Positions 7,490-16,272 of a stretch of DNA of 22,899 bases are shown piece after piece. The stretch covers positions 1 to 22,899 of the forward strand of contig JAZDCZ010000366.1 in assembly GCA_036679605.1 (NCBI GenBank), read 5' to 3'. Positions within the stretch are counted from its first letter, which is position 1, and the number at the start of each line of letters is the position of its first letter. A program made the translations under genes and the position numbers. The notes beneath the pieces were generated by a model. That model was not told where the DNA came from, made no database searches, and worked only from the letters and a program-made list of their open reading frames with translations. Source of the DNA: Gemmatimonadota bacterium. GTDB taxonomy: Bacteria; Gemmatimonadota; Gemmatimonadetes; Gemmatimonadales; GWC2-71-9.

Positions 7490-8634
7490 GCTTTCGGTTC
7501 TCCGCGCGCGGGGCTTACAAGACCGAAAGCCCGCAATTCCTTCTCCGCTCTGGAGAAGTCGTCGGTGGTTGGCGCCGCTTGCGACCACTCGATCAACTCG
7601 GTAAGGCTTTGCCCCCAGTCGGTACTAGGGACGTAACCGAGCATGTCGCGAATCTTGGATGCATCAGCAACGCAGTGCCGGATATCGCCAGTGCGAAACT
7701 GGCCGCTTGCGGTCGGAGCAAGTTCTTCACGACCCACCAGAGATGCAAGGTTGCGGCCAATATCACCGATCGACCGTGCGATGCCGGTTCCAAGGTTAAA
7801 CACTTGTCCCACGGCGGCTGGATGAGAAATCACCGTATCGACCGCGCGGACGACATCGTGGACAGAGATGAAGTCTCGGGTCTGTCGTCCGTCTTCGTAC
7901 ACCACCGGCGCTTGGCCTGCGAGAAGGCGGCTCAGAAAGATGGCGAGCACCCCGGTATAGGGATTGCTTAGCGACTGACGCGGTCCATACACGTTGAACA
8001 TCCGCAAACACGTTACCGGGAAGTCGTAGATTTCTCCCAATGCCAGAGCAAGTTCTTCTTGGTAGCGTTTGGTTAGGGCGTAAACGTTGCGAGCAAGCAG
8101 GGCCGCATCCTCGGGGGTTGGAGCCAGCTCCAGCACTTCATGTGTTTCCGGATCCACGAGATCCCAACCGAAGCGGTCGATATCTTCACGGCTTCGGATC
8201 GGTACTCGCAAGAGCGAGCCGTCACTCGGGCGTCGGTAGAGGCCTTCCCCGTAGCCCGTCATAGAGGTGAGCGCCACAAACCGCGCGAGTTTTTCTTTGC
8301 GCTCGGCAATCGCCTCGAGCAGCGCTCCCGTACCGCCGACGTTGGTGTCGAGATAGTGCTGCACTCGGTACAGAGACTGCGCGACTCCGACGGCCGCCGC
8401 GCAATGGACGACTACGTCGACGTCTTCAAGCGCTGCTCGGACCGCATCGCGGTCGCGCACGTCGGCGATTCGGAGTTCCACCCCCTCGGACAAGTAAGCG
8501 GGGCGACCGGCCGGATGGACTTGCGGATCGAGGTTGTCCAAAACCCGAACCGGAGTCCCCGCTGCAAGGAAGTGGTCGGCCAAAAAGGATCCAATGAATC
8601 CGGCCCCGCCCGTGATGAGAACCCGTTTGTTCAC
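7486..8634 (-). CDS. Extended SDR NAD-dependent epimerase/dehydratase (WbiB dTDP-L-rhamnose 4-epimerase-like subfamily)
   Basis: Motifs TGGAGFIG, YALTK (YxxxK), FNVYGPRQSLSNPYTGV, EDGRQTRDF and FRTGDIRH; AGGA lies upstream of the GTG. Confidence 0.92.
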   Translation of the reverse strand: MNKRVLITGGAGFIGSFLADHFLAAGTPVRVLDNLDPQVHPAGRPAYLSEGVELRIADVRDRDAVRAALEDVDVVVHCAAAVGVAQSLYRVQHYLDTNVGGTGALLEAIAERKEKLARFVALTSMTGYGEGLYRRPSDGSLLRVPIRSREDIDRFGWDLVDPETHEVLELAPTPEDAALLARNVYALTKRYQEELALALGEIYDFPVTCLRMFNVYGPRQSLSNPYTGVLAIFLSRLLAGQAPVVYEDGRQTRDFISVHDVVRAVDTVISHPAAVGQVFNLGTGIARSIGDIGRNLASLVGREELAPTASGQFRTGDIRHCVADASKIRDMLGYVPSTDWGQSLTELIEWSQAAPTTDDFSRAEKELRAFGLVSPARGEPKA

Positions 8635-8647
8635 GATACATCCTGAA

Positions 8648-8723
8648 GTCGCGATCGGTCGCGATCAAGGAGAGACGCATTCGACTGTTCAGTTTGGTGC
8701 AAGTGAAGGTTAGGTGCAAGTGA
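8648..8723. repeat. Two pairs of short direct repeats in the spacer upstream of the epimerase genes
   Basis: GTCGCGATC occurs at 8648-8656 and 8658-8666. GGTGCAAGTGA occurs at 8696-8706 and 8713-8723. Confidence 0.8.
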
Positions 8724-8744
8724 CACCGGTGGACGGATCTGTGC

Positions 8745-9755
8745 TTACTTCTGAGGGTTGCCAGCTCCAGTTCGAGAGGCAAGGTCGGACGCAACTGTGG
8801 CTTGCGGAGGGGGAGAGAACCACAGAAGCGGAGCCCCCAACACTCCGATAAGTACGTTGATCCCGAAATACTGGAGCGAAAGCGCGGTAGCTACCTCAGC
8901 CGTTACTCCTTGTAGAGAGAGAAGATAAACAAAGGACAATTCTCGAAGGCCTAATCCCGATATTGAGATCGGGATGGCGGAAACTACCCAGATGATAGAG
9001 AACACCGCGGATAGCGTCAGAAAGGAGATTGGGATTTTGTCACTGAGAGCGAACGCATACAAGATGCCAAACGTTATTAGATGTATCGGTAAGCACAGAG
9101 CAAAAGCACCAGCTACGCGTCCTTTCTCATGGAGATAGAACTCCATGACGCTCCTCACTCGGTCATGGAGATTGAGGATGAGCCGTCGGGCGCGGCCGCC
9201 GTCCACGAGTACCCGCCGCGTGAGTTTGGGTAGAGATTCGCTGGTCACAATCCACACGCCGCAGACCATCATCACGAAGAAAATCAGAATAATCGCGAGA
9301 TACTCGACCCTCCTCGATTCCGCGGGAAGACAGAGAATCGCGACTAGGCCCACTGTCAGGATGGATACCATCCCAACGTATCGGTCCGCTGCGATCGATA
9401 GGATATGGGTGAAGCGCTTGGGGCTATCCGTGTTGTAGAGCATCAACGAACGCGCGATATCTCCACCTAGGGCGCCGGGAAGAAAGAGATTAAACGTGGC
9501 CGAGATCATCATGTAGCGAAAATAGCTCCGCGGGGAAATCTCTCTGTCCTGATCGGGGTTCAACAGTCGCCAACGCACACCGCTGATCCAGACTCGGAGC
9601 AGTGCAAACAGAACGCAAATTGCGAGCACGGCGGCCGGGACGCTGAAGACCTGAGCGAAGACTTGCTTCCAGTCAACGAGTCGGTCGAGTACTCCGATCG
9701 TTAGAATGAAGCCGACCAGCCTCGCGATGACGCCGAGGGACGACTTACGACTCAT
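8745..9755 (-). CDS. Lysylphosphatidylglycerol synthase TM-domain (UPF0104) flippase-like membrane protein
   Basis: Motifs RWRLL, FNLFLPGALGGDIAR, ADRYVG and IPISISGLGLRE; multiple TM segments. Confidence 0.92.
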   Translation of the reverse strand: MSRKSSLGVIARLVGFILTIGVLDRLVDWKQVFAQVFSVPAAVLAICVLFALLRVWISGVRWRLLNPDQDREISPRSYFRYMMISATFNLFLPGALGGDIARSLMLYNTDSPKRFTHILSIAADRYVGMVSILTVGLVAILCLPAESRRVEYLAIILIFFVMMVCGVWIVTSESLPKLTRRVLVDGGRARRLILNLHDRVRSVMEFYLHEKGRVAGAFALCLPIHLITFGILYAFALSDKIPISFLTLSAVFSIIWVVSAIPISISGLGLRELSFVYLLSLQGVTAEVATALSLQYFGINVLIGVLGAPLLWFSPPPQATVASDLASRTGAGNPQK

Positions 9756-10659
9756 CCACTCTCTGCACTACACACCAATAGCAACTCAAGATCGGAATCT
9801 TGATTATCACGTGGTGAAGCTTCAGCCTGTCGATCACAGCCCAAAGAGGTTTTATGCCCAAGAAGCCGAAGAGCTTTGCGAGGTTAGTGTACTGTATGTC
9901 CTGCTCGTGCTTGACGATCCGCCATCCGAAGCGGTCCATCATGGCCTTCATCTGGGGGCGCGTGAAGTGGTAGAGCACGGGCGGACGGTAGAGCCAATAG
10001 TTTTCTTTCTGGAATCGTGCAAGCGCATTGTCTATATCGAAGTAATTGAAGATGAAGAACCCGCCGGGAGCGAGGTGCCGCCGTACCTGCTGAAATATTT
10101 TCGCAAGGCTGCTCATGTTGTTCAACGCACCGAGCAGCATAATCACGTCGAAACTCGCATCTCCCAGATCCGCCTCTTCGGCCGGACTCAGGATCATGGA
10201 AACCCCGTAACGCTCGCGAGCGACTTGAACGAAGGTCGGAGACGCGTCGACTCCGAGAACCTGATGTCCGTTGTCTTGAGCAACTTTAAGGAAAGATCCG
10301 CTGCCACAGGCGATTTTGCATATAGATAGTTTCTTGCCGGCGGGGAAGAGCCTTTCGACTTTTCGTAGGCGGTAGCGTGCGAGCCGCATTCGAAAAGGCT
10401 CGTCGGCCAAGTAGTCGTAGTATCCGACGATTTCGTTATCGGGTCGACCGGATTCACGACTCGACATGAATTCCTCGGACGCAAAGAGTGCGAGAAGACT
10501 CTCGGATGTGGGGCGCGGGTTCTGGTACACCAGTGCGCACTCGTCACATCTGACGAAACGGAGCTTCCCTTCTCGGTACTTGTCCACCTCAATGACCGGG
10601 GAGATCTCCGAAGAACCGCATACGTTGCAGTTCGTGGACTCAAACTCCAGCTTCATCAC
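9745..10659 (-). CDS. Class I SAM-dependent methyltransferase with an N-terminal Zn-binding (CxxC...CxxC) region
   Basis: CNVC...CDECALVYQNPRP, degenerate motif I KIACGSG, GVDAS, FDVI and LAPGG. Start is GTG 10659 or ATG 10656. Confidence 0.88.
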   Translation of the reverse strand: MMKLEFESTNCNVCGSSEISPVIEVDKYREGKLRFVRCDECALVYQNPRPTSESLLALFASEEFMSSRESGRPDNEIVGYYDYLADEPFRMRLARYRLRKVERLFPAGKKLSICKIACGSGSFLKVAQDNGHQVLGVDASPTFVQVARERYGVSMILSPAEEADLGDASFDVIMLLGALNNMSSLAKIFQQVRRHLAPGGFFIFNYFDIDNALARFQKENYWLYRPPVLYHFTRPQMKAMMDRFGWRIVKHEQDIQYTNLAKLFGFLGIKPLWAVIDRLKLHHVIIKIPILSCYWCVVQRVDES

Positions 10660-10664
10660 CCTCG

Positions 10665-10692
10665 ATTATGCAGGTCCGTAACGGGGTTACAA
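10665..10692 (-). promoter_or_regulatory. Candidate sigma70 promoter of the leftward block, overlapped by a palindromic operator-like site
   Basis: The minus strand has TTGTAA-N16-CATAAT. The palindrome GTAAC-GGG-GTTAC at 10678-10690 overlaps the -35. Confidence 0.5.
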
Positions 10693-10823
10693 CCGGTCGC
10701 AAGAGTGGCCCACTGGACAATACCCCGGGGGCCGAAGCATACTCGGGGTGTGATCGCGGAGTGTGCGAGCATACCGCACGCGTGCGATACTGCTTCTATG
10801 CGCTGCAGCAGCCTGAGCGAAAC

Positions 10824-12761
10824 ATGAAACGAAATTCCAATCTCCGCCGTCTTGGCGACACCCTCGTCGCGGGGCCAACCTATTTGGCTATCTTCCTAGT
10901 CGGGCTCCAGTATTCGTTTTACAAGGTTTTCTCGCTGTTTCGCCTCCACGACGACGAAGGCACGATGATGCTACGGGTGCAGGCGTTCATCAAAGATCCA
11001 GCATCCTACGATTCCCTCTCGGGTATGTACGGGCCGTTATACTACCTGCATAAGTACGCGATCTACGGCGTGCTCCAGGCCGATGTCTCCCACGATATCA
11101 ACCGACTCACGACGATCGTCCTTTGGGGAATGATTGCTGCAGCTTGTGCCTTTTTCGTTCATCGGGTTTCCCGGTCGATCGTTTTGGCCGCCGTCGTACA
11201 TATGCAGCTCATCCTGCATCTCACGGCGTTGACTAACGAACCCGGGCATCCACACGAGATAGCGCTTCTTCTGATCGCCGGGGCCCTGGTCCTGTCGAGC
11301 TTTGTCGATACTCGACGAGTCGGTTTGATGAGCATGATGGGACTTGGCGCCGCAACCGGAGCTTTGCTTCTCGTCAAGGTGAACTTGGGAGTGTACCTCG
11401 GTGCATCACTTGCCCTTGCGTTACTTCTCTTTCTGCCCCGGAACACGCGGACTCTAGGCCTCGGCTGGCTGATGGCCGCGGTCGCCATCGTTTTGCCGGC
11501 GGCGATCATGTGGAGACATCTCCATACGCCCTGGGGGCGGAACTACTGCGCGCTGGTCACGATGGTGATTGCCGCTAGCTTGGTCATGTCGTCGCGCAGG
11601 AGCGAGGGGGGAACATTGCGGTGGGCCCACGTCTCCGGCGCTTTGAGCGCAGCGGCAATCACCATCGGTTCTGTCTGCGCGGTGATCATCTGTTGGGGGA
11701 ATTCTCTTTGGGCAATCGCCAACTCGGTATTCTTGCGTGCGGCGACTCTTCCCTCCTCTTTCGTCATCTTGGCTCCGGTAAGTGTCACCGTCGCGAGGGC
11801 AAGCGCGGCGTCACTATTGCTTGCCCTGTGCTATACGCTCGCAGCCCCAAAAATTCGGGGACGCGAGTTTCCCGTGGTAGCGCTCTCCGTCGTAAAGCTG
11901 GCGTACGCTGGTTTCGCATTCTACAGCCTGAACCGCCACCCTGCCGCTCTTTTGCTCCATACCATCCCGATTCCGTTCCTCTGGCTCGTACTTGTCGAGC
12001 CAAATGCGAAAAATAGGAAGTCGGCCCGTGAACTCTTCCCCCGTGTTTTTCTCTGCCTGCTAGCTGCTTTCCAAACACTACAAGCCTACCCGGTTCACGG
12101 GTCCCAATCGCTATGGGCGGCGTTCCTAGTTGTCCCGGTGGCCGCCATCTGTGTCGGTGATGCGTTACGCAGCCTTTGGGACGTTGCCAAGCACCGTTTG
12201 CGACGTACTGGCGGCTGGCGCATACCAGCGTGGCTTCAACCGACGTTCACCTTGTTACTCCTCTGCAGCGTCGGGGCGACGTACTACGCAAAGGCCAATC
12301 TCGCGGGCCTGGAGGTTGCCTATGCGCAGCGAGTCCCTCTCGATTTACCCGGTGCGAGCAGAATTCGACTTCTGCCGTTCGAAGTCGACCAGATTCACTG
12401 GCCGGTCGAAAATCTAAAGTCCTATTGCGATGGTTTCATCGGTTTGCCGGGCTTCGCGAGCCTGTACTTCTGGACCGAGATCCCCCCGCCGGGCACCATC
12501 AATAACGCCTGGATCCTCAATCTTGACGACGACCGCCAACGTGCGATTATCGAGACGATGCGGACGTATGATAGACCTTGTGTGCTTCACAATCCGAGAT
12601 TCGTTTCTCTCTGGACACGCGGTCGGTCGTTGGATTCCAAACAGCCCCTTGTTCAATACATCCAGACGCAATACAAGCCTCTGCAAAAACACGGACCCTA
12701 CTCGCTGCTCGTAAGGAAAGATCGCCCGATCGATATCGAGCCCAATAGGTCCGGCACGTGA
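10824..12761 (+). CDS. Polytopic membrane protein, probable GT-C fold glycosyltransferase
   Basis: HDDEG acidic motif after TM1, then YGPLYY and KVNLG; roughly 15 hydrophobic segments and a soluble C-terminal domain. The start is set at ATG 10824; the ORF track start at 10668 spans the divergent promoter region. Confidence 0.75.
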   Translation: MKRNSNLRRLGDTLVAGPTYLAIFLVGLQYSFYKVFSLFRLHDDEGTMMLRVQAFIKDPASYDSLSGMYGPLYYLHKYAIYGVLQADVSHDINRLTTIVLWGMIAAACAFFVHRVSRSIVLAAVVHMQLILHLTALTNEPGHPHEIALLLIAGALVLSSFVDTRRVGLMSMMGLGAATGALLLVKVNLGVYLGASLALALLLFLPRNTRTLGLGWLMAAVAIVLPAAIMWRHLHTPWGRNYCALVTMVIAASLVMSSRRSEGGTLRWAHVSGALSAAAITIGSVCAVIICWGNSLWAIANSVFLRAATLPSSFVILAPVSVTVARASAASLLLALCYTLAAPKIRGREFPVVALSVVKLAYAGFAFYSLNRHPAALLLHTIPIPFLWLVLVEPNAKNRKSARELFPRVFLCLLAAFQTLQAYPVHGSQSLWAAFLVVPVAAICVGDALRSLWDVAKHRLRRTGGWRIPAWLQPTFTLLLLCSVGATYYAKANLAGLEVAYAQRVPLDLPGASRIRLLPFEVDQIHWPVENLKSYCDGFIGLPGFASLYFWTEIPPPGTINNAWILNLDDDRQRAIIETMRTYDRPCVLHNPRFVSLWTRGRSLDSKQPLVQYIQTQYKPLQKHGPYSLLVRKDRPIDIEPNRSGT

Positions 12762-13630
12762 GAAACCCGATTTTCGTCCTTGGAAACCCTCGCTCCGGTA
12801 CGACGATGCTAAGGCTCATGCTGACATGCCATAGGAACATCTTGATTCCTCCGGAGGCCGGTTTCGCGGTTTGGCTACACCAGCGATACAATCGGTGGCT
12901 CGGGAACCGCCCGGATCAAATCGACGCTTTTGTAAGTGATCTTCTCAAGACTCGAAAGATCGAGACGTGGAGACTGAATGAGTCCGGGTTGAGACGCTTC
13001 TTGCATGAGGCGAGTCCGTCGTCCTACCCGGAAGCCGTATCCCTGGTGTATCAGTGGTACGGCCGCTGCTTGGGGCGAAGCTTCAAACGATGGGGAGACA
13101 AAAACAATTTCCACATTGACCATATCGATGTCCTGGATCGAATGTTCCCCGATGCTCAGTTTGTGCATATCGTTCGGGATGGCCGCAACGTAGCATGCTC
13201 GTACCGCGATCTGGCGAAGCAGGCGATACATTCGGCGTATGCACCAAGGTTACCCGTTGAGATCGAGAGTATCGCCGATGAGTGGAAACGAAACACAGAG
13301 ACGATTCATCGAGCCTTCCAAAAGATTGGGAACAGCAGATCGCATGAGATGAGACTCGAGGATTTGGTATGCGATCCGGAGAAACAATTGACGGCGCTCA
13401 CCGCTTTCCTCGATGAGGAGTTCGATCCGATGATGCTCGAATACCATCGTTTGAATTCGGACCGGCAGCTGGAGCCGCAAGAGTTTCTGCAATGGAAGGA
13501 GAAGACTTTGCAGCCACCGATTACCACGCGAAACGAAATCTATAAGAGTCAGCTCGAAGTCGATGCGATCGCGACCTTCGAAGCGATAGCCGGAGACGCG
13601 CTCCGGCGCTATGGCTACCTGCGACGATGA
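12758..13630 (+). CDS. PAPS-dependent sulfotransferase (Sulfotransfer_3 type)
   Basis: 5'-PSB motif GNPRSGTTML, WGDKN, 3'-PB motif IVRDGRNVACS and RLEDLV.DPE; GTGA overlap with the upstream gene. Confidence 0.93.
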   Translation: MRNPIFVLGNPRSGTTMLRLMLTCHRNILIPPEAGFAVWLHQRYNRWLGNRPDQIDAFVSDLLKTRKIETWRLNESGLRRFLHEASPSSYPEAVSLVYQWYGRCLGRSFKRWGDKNNFHIDHIDVLDRMFPDAQFVHIVRDGRNVACSYRDLAKQAIHSAYAPRLPVEIESIADEWKRNTETIHRAFQKIGNSRSHEMRLEDLVCDPEKQLTALTAFLDEEFDPMMLEYHRLNSDRQLEPQEFLQWKEKTLQPPITTRNEIYKSQLEVDAIATFEAIAGDALRRYGYLRR

Positions 13631-14610
13631 GCGCGAAAACCGAGCAGATGCCCATGTCTTCGGGGGTACGAGGGGAGGGTTGTGACTACTCGATCGTTAT
13701 CCCGGTCTATTTCAACGAGGGCTCGTTACACTCCACAATGGAAGCGATTCGAGAGGAAGTCGTTGCAAAGAACCCGGGCCTGACCCACGAAGTAATCTTC
13801 GTCGATGACGGCTCGGGCGACAATTCTTTTTCTGAGTTGCTCAAGATCTACAAGAAGTATCCAGGGGAAGTCCGCATCATCAAGCTCACCCGGAACTTCG
13901 GTCAACCGAGCGCGCGTTTGGCCGGGCTGTTCCACGCCCGTGGACGCTGTCTGATCTCGACGGCCGCGGATGAGCAAAACCCGACCGCCCTGATGAACGA
14001 GATGCTCAAGGCCTATTTCGACGAGCACTACGAAGTCGTGATCTGTGTGCGCACGCATCGTGATGAGTCATGGTACCGAACTCTCACGTCGAGGTTCTTC
14101 TACTTCCTGATGAGGCAGTTGAGTTTCAAGAACATGCCGATCGAGGGATTCGACTACGTCCTGTTGGGACGAAAAGCGATTGATGTGATTCTGAGGAACC
14201 AAGAGGCGCACTCGTTCTTTCAGGGGCAGATCTTGTGGACTGGATTCAAGCCCAAGTTTCTCGAGTACCGTCGGCTCGAGCGCAAGGTCGGTCGCTCTCG
14301 TTGGACCTTCGGCAAGAAGGTCACGTTACTCATGGATGGAATGCTCGGCTATTCGTTCTTGCCGATCCGATTGATGTCGCTGATCGGGATCTGCATCTCC
14401 CTTATCGGATTCGGGTACGCCGTCTTTGTACTCTTTCGCAAACTGTTCTGGGGTACGCAAGTATTGGGCTGGGCCACGCTAACAATTGCGGTCTTCGCTA
14501 TCGGCGGGGTCCAGATTCTCATGCTGGGGGTTATCGGCGAGTATCTTTGGAGGTCCTTAGCTCAGAATCGAAATCGTGATGCCTACGTAATCGAAGAGTT
14601 CCTCGAGTGA
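13627..14610 (+). CDS. GT2 glycosyltransferase, ArnC/GtrB-like undecaprenyl-phosphate glycosyltransferase
   Basis: Motifs SIVIPVYFNE, VDDGSGD, LTRNFGQ and AADEQNP; two C-terminal TM helices ending LGVIGEYL; ATGA overlap. Confidence 0.93.
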   Translation: MSAKTEQMPMSSGVRGEGCDYSIVIPVYFNEGSLHSTMEAIREEVVAKNPGLTHEVIFVDDGSGDNSFSELLKIYKKYPGEVRIIKLTRNFGQPSARLAGLFHARGRCLISTAADEQNPTALMNEMLKAYFDEHYEVVICVRTHRDESWYRTLTSRFFYFLMRQLSFKNMPIEGFDYVLLGRKAIDVILRNQEAHSFFQGQILWTGFKPKFLEYRRLERKVGRSRWTFGKKVTLLMDGMLGYSFLPIRLMSLIGICISLIGFGYAVFVLFRKLFWGTQVLGWATLTIAVFAIGGVQILMLGVIGEYLWRSLAQNRNRDAYVIEEFLE

Positions 14611-14647
14611 CGTCGTTCAGAGTGCGCCAAAGTCGCACGGCAGTTCG

Positions 14648-14905
14648 ATGAGAACCGCGGGAACGGATGGAGTTGGATTGAATACGCCGGAGCTACCCGA
14701 GCATATCGCTCTAAGTTGCCCTGCGTGCGATACGGGGAGCTTACACGACGGGCAGTTGCAGTGCCCATCATGTGGTTTCACCCTTGAGCACGAGGACCCG
14801 GTCGCTATCCTCGAACACTCCCCCGTGAAAGAGGACTACTCCGATCCAATCGACTTGGCCGTGAGTACGAAATCAATGGAAGGGATTCCCGGAGCTTTTG
14901 CGTGA
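14648..14905 (+). CDS. Small Zn-ribbon protein (CPAC...CPSC); possibly the remnant of an internally deleted methyltransferase
   Basis: Two CxxC pairs. The stop forms a GTGA overlap with the aminotransferase start. An alternative TTG start at 14678 follows GGAG. Confidence 0.55.
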   Translation: MRTAGTDGVGLNTPELPEHIALSCPACDTGSLHDGQLQCPSCGFTLEHEDPVAILEHSPVKEDYSDPIDLAVSTKSMEGIPGAFA

Positions 14906-16113
14906 AGACGAGTCTGAGCGAACTAGCTATCTTGGGGGGCCAGCCGGCGTTTGACGATCTATTGCACGTCGGTGTCCCGAATCTGGGTTCGCGTGACGAC
15001 CTACTGCGAAGATTCAACGACATTCTTGATAGGAAGTGGTTCACGAATAACGGATTGTACGTTCAGGAGTTCGAACGCAAGATCTGTGATCTCCTGGGGA
15101 GCCAATACTGCATCGCGACCTCAAACGGAACGATTGCGCTCGAACTGGCTATTCGGGCACTCGGCCTACGTGGTGAAGTCATCGTCCCGTCGTTTACGTT
15201 CATCGCGACGGCTCATGCTCTTCAGTGGCAACAGATCAAACCCGTGTTTTGCGATATCAATCGTGATTCACACCAAATCGATGCAAGTCAGGTCGAATGC
15301 CTCATTACTCCCCTGACGACCGGCATCGTTGGGGTGCATATGTGGGGAAACCCATGCGACGTCGACGCTCTGGCCGACATCGCCGATCGAAATGGCTTGA
15401 AACTTCTCTTTGATGCCGCGCACGCATTCGGAGTCTCATGTGACGGCCGAATGATCGGGAACTTCGGCAATGCCGAGTGCTTTAGCTTCCACGCTACGAA
15501 GTTCTGTACGTCTTTTGAAGGGGGCGCCATCGTCACCAATGACGGCGCGCTTGCAGAGAAGCTGCAGTTGATGAGGAACTTCGGCTTCGACGGGCCGGAC
15601 AACGTTATCCATATCGGCACAAACGGTAAGATGAACGAAATTTCAGCCGCGATGGGGGTTACGTCGATTGAGAGCATGGATGAACTCATTGACGTGAACT
15701 ATCGCTGTTACAAACGATACCAGGCGGCGCTCGCTCGGGTTCCGGGTGTTGAACTGCATCAACACAAGGAGACCGAGAAGCATAACTATCAATACGTAGT
15801 AGCCCTCGTGGACGAGAAGGTCACCGGAATTTCCAGAGACTCGCTGCTCAAGATTTTGCATGCCGAGAACATACTCGCGCGCCGCTACTTCTACCCGGGT
15901 TGTCACCGAATGGAGCCATACCGGTCGTATCAGCCGCAGGCGGGATTGTTGCTGCGTGAGACGGAGGAGGTGGCGACTCGCGTGCTCGTGCTACCGACCG
16001 GGACCTCGGTCGACCAGAACAAAGTTCAAACGATCTGTGACGTGCTGCGTTTTGTAACTGAGAATGGATCCGAAATCGCCAAATGTTTACCCGTCGACGT
16101 CGATAGAACCTAA
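14902..16113 (+). CDS. DegT/DnrJ/EryC1/StrS PLP aminotransferase, DesI/VioA-like NDP-4-keto-6-deoxyglucose 4-aminotransferase
   Basis: DesI-like N-terminus MKTSLSELAILGGQPAF..LHVG.PN, then SNGTIAL, PSFTFIAT, FDAAHAFG, PLP lysine in SFHATK, GTNGKMNE and RRYFYPG. Confidence 0.93.
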   Translation: MKTSLSELAILGGQPAFDDLLHVGVPNLGSRDDLLRRFNDILDRKWFTNNGLYVQEFERKICDLLGSQYCIATSNGTIALELAIRALGLRGEVIVPSFTFIATAHALQWQQIKPVFCDINRDSHQIDASQVECLITPLTTGIVGVHMWGNPCDVDALADIADRNGLKLLFDAAHAFGVSCDGRMIGNFGNAECFSFHATKFCTSFEGGAIVTNDGALAEKLQLMRNFGFDGPDNVIHIGTNGKMNEISAAMGVTSIESMDELIDVNYRCYKRYQAALARVPGVELHQHKETEKHNYQYVVALVDEKVTGISRDSLLKILHAENILARRYFYPGCHRMEPYRSYQPQAGLLLRETEEVATRVLVLPTGTSVDQNKVQTICDVLRFVTENGSEIAKCLPVDVDRT

Positions 16114-16173
16114 GGGCATCTCTTAGACATCAGACCGATTTGGCTCAAGAGATAGACGCCCAGGTTGATTTTT
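16114..16173 (+). terminator. Possible imperfect terminator hairpin after the aminotransferase
   Basis: GGGC-ATCTCTT (16114-16124) can pair with AAGAGAT...GCCC (16147-16161), followed by GGTTGATTTTT. Confidence 0.3.
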
Positions 16174-16272
16174 ATGAGTAACATCGCGGCCACCACGTTC
16201 CCGAGGAGGGCCGGAGCGGCCACTGCGCGGACTTTCAAAGGGCGCCCGTTTGGGCGAAATTGTCGCGATACT

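Noticed and set aside
6548..8646. Long plus-strand ORFs 6548..7231, 7483..7971 and 8140..8646
   Set aside because: These are antisense shadows of well-supported epimerase genes, which are common in GC-rich DNA.
9706..10329. 207-aa plus-strand ORF
   Set aside because: It is antisense to the methyltransferase and has no recognisable domain.
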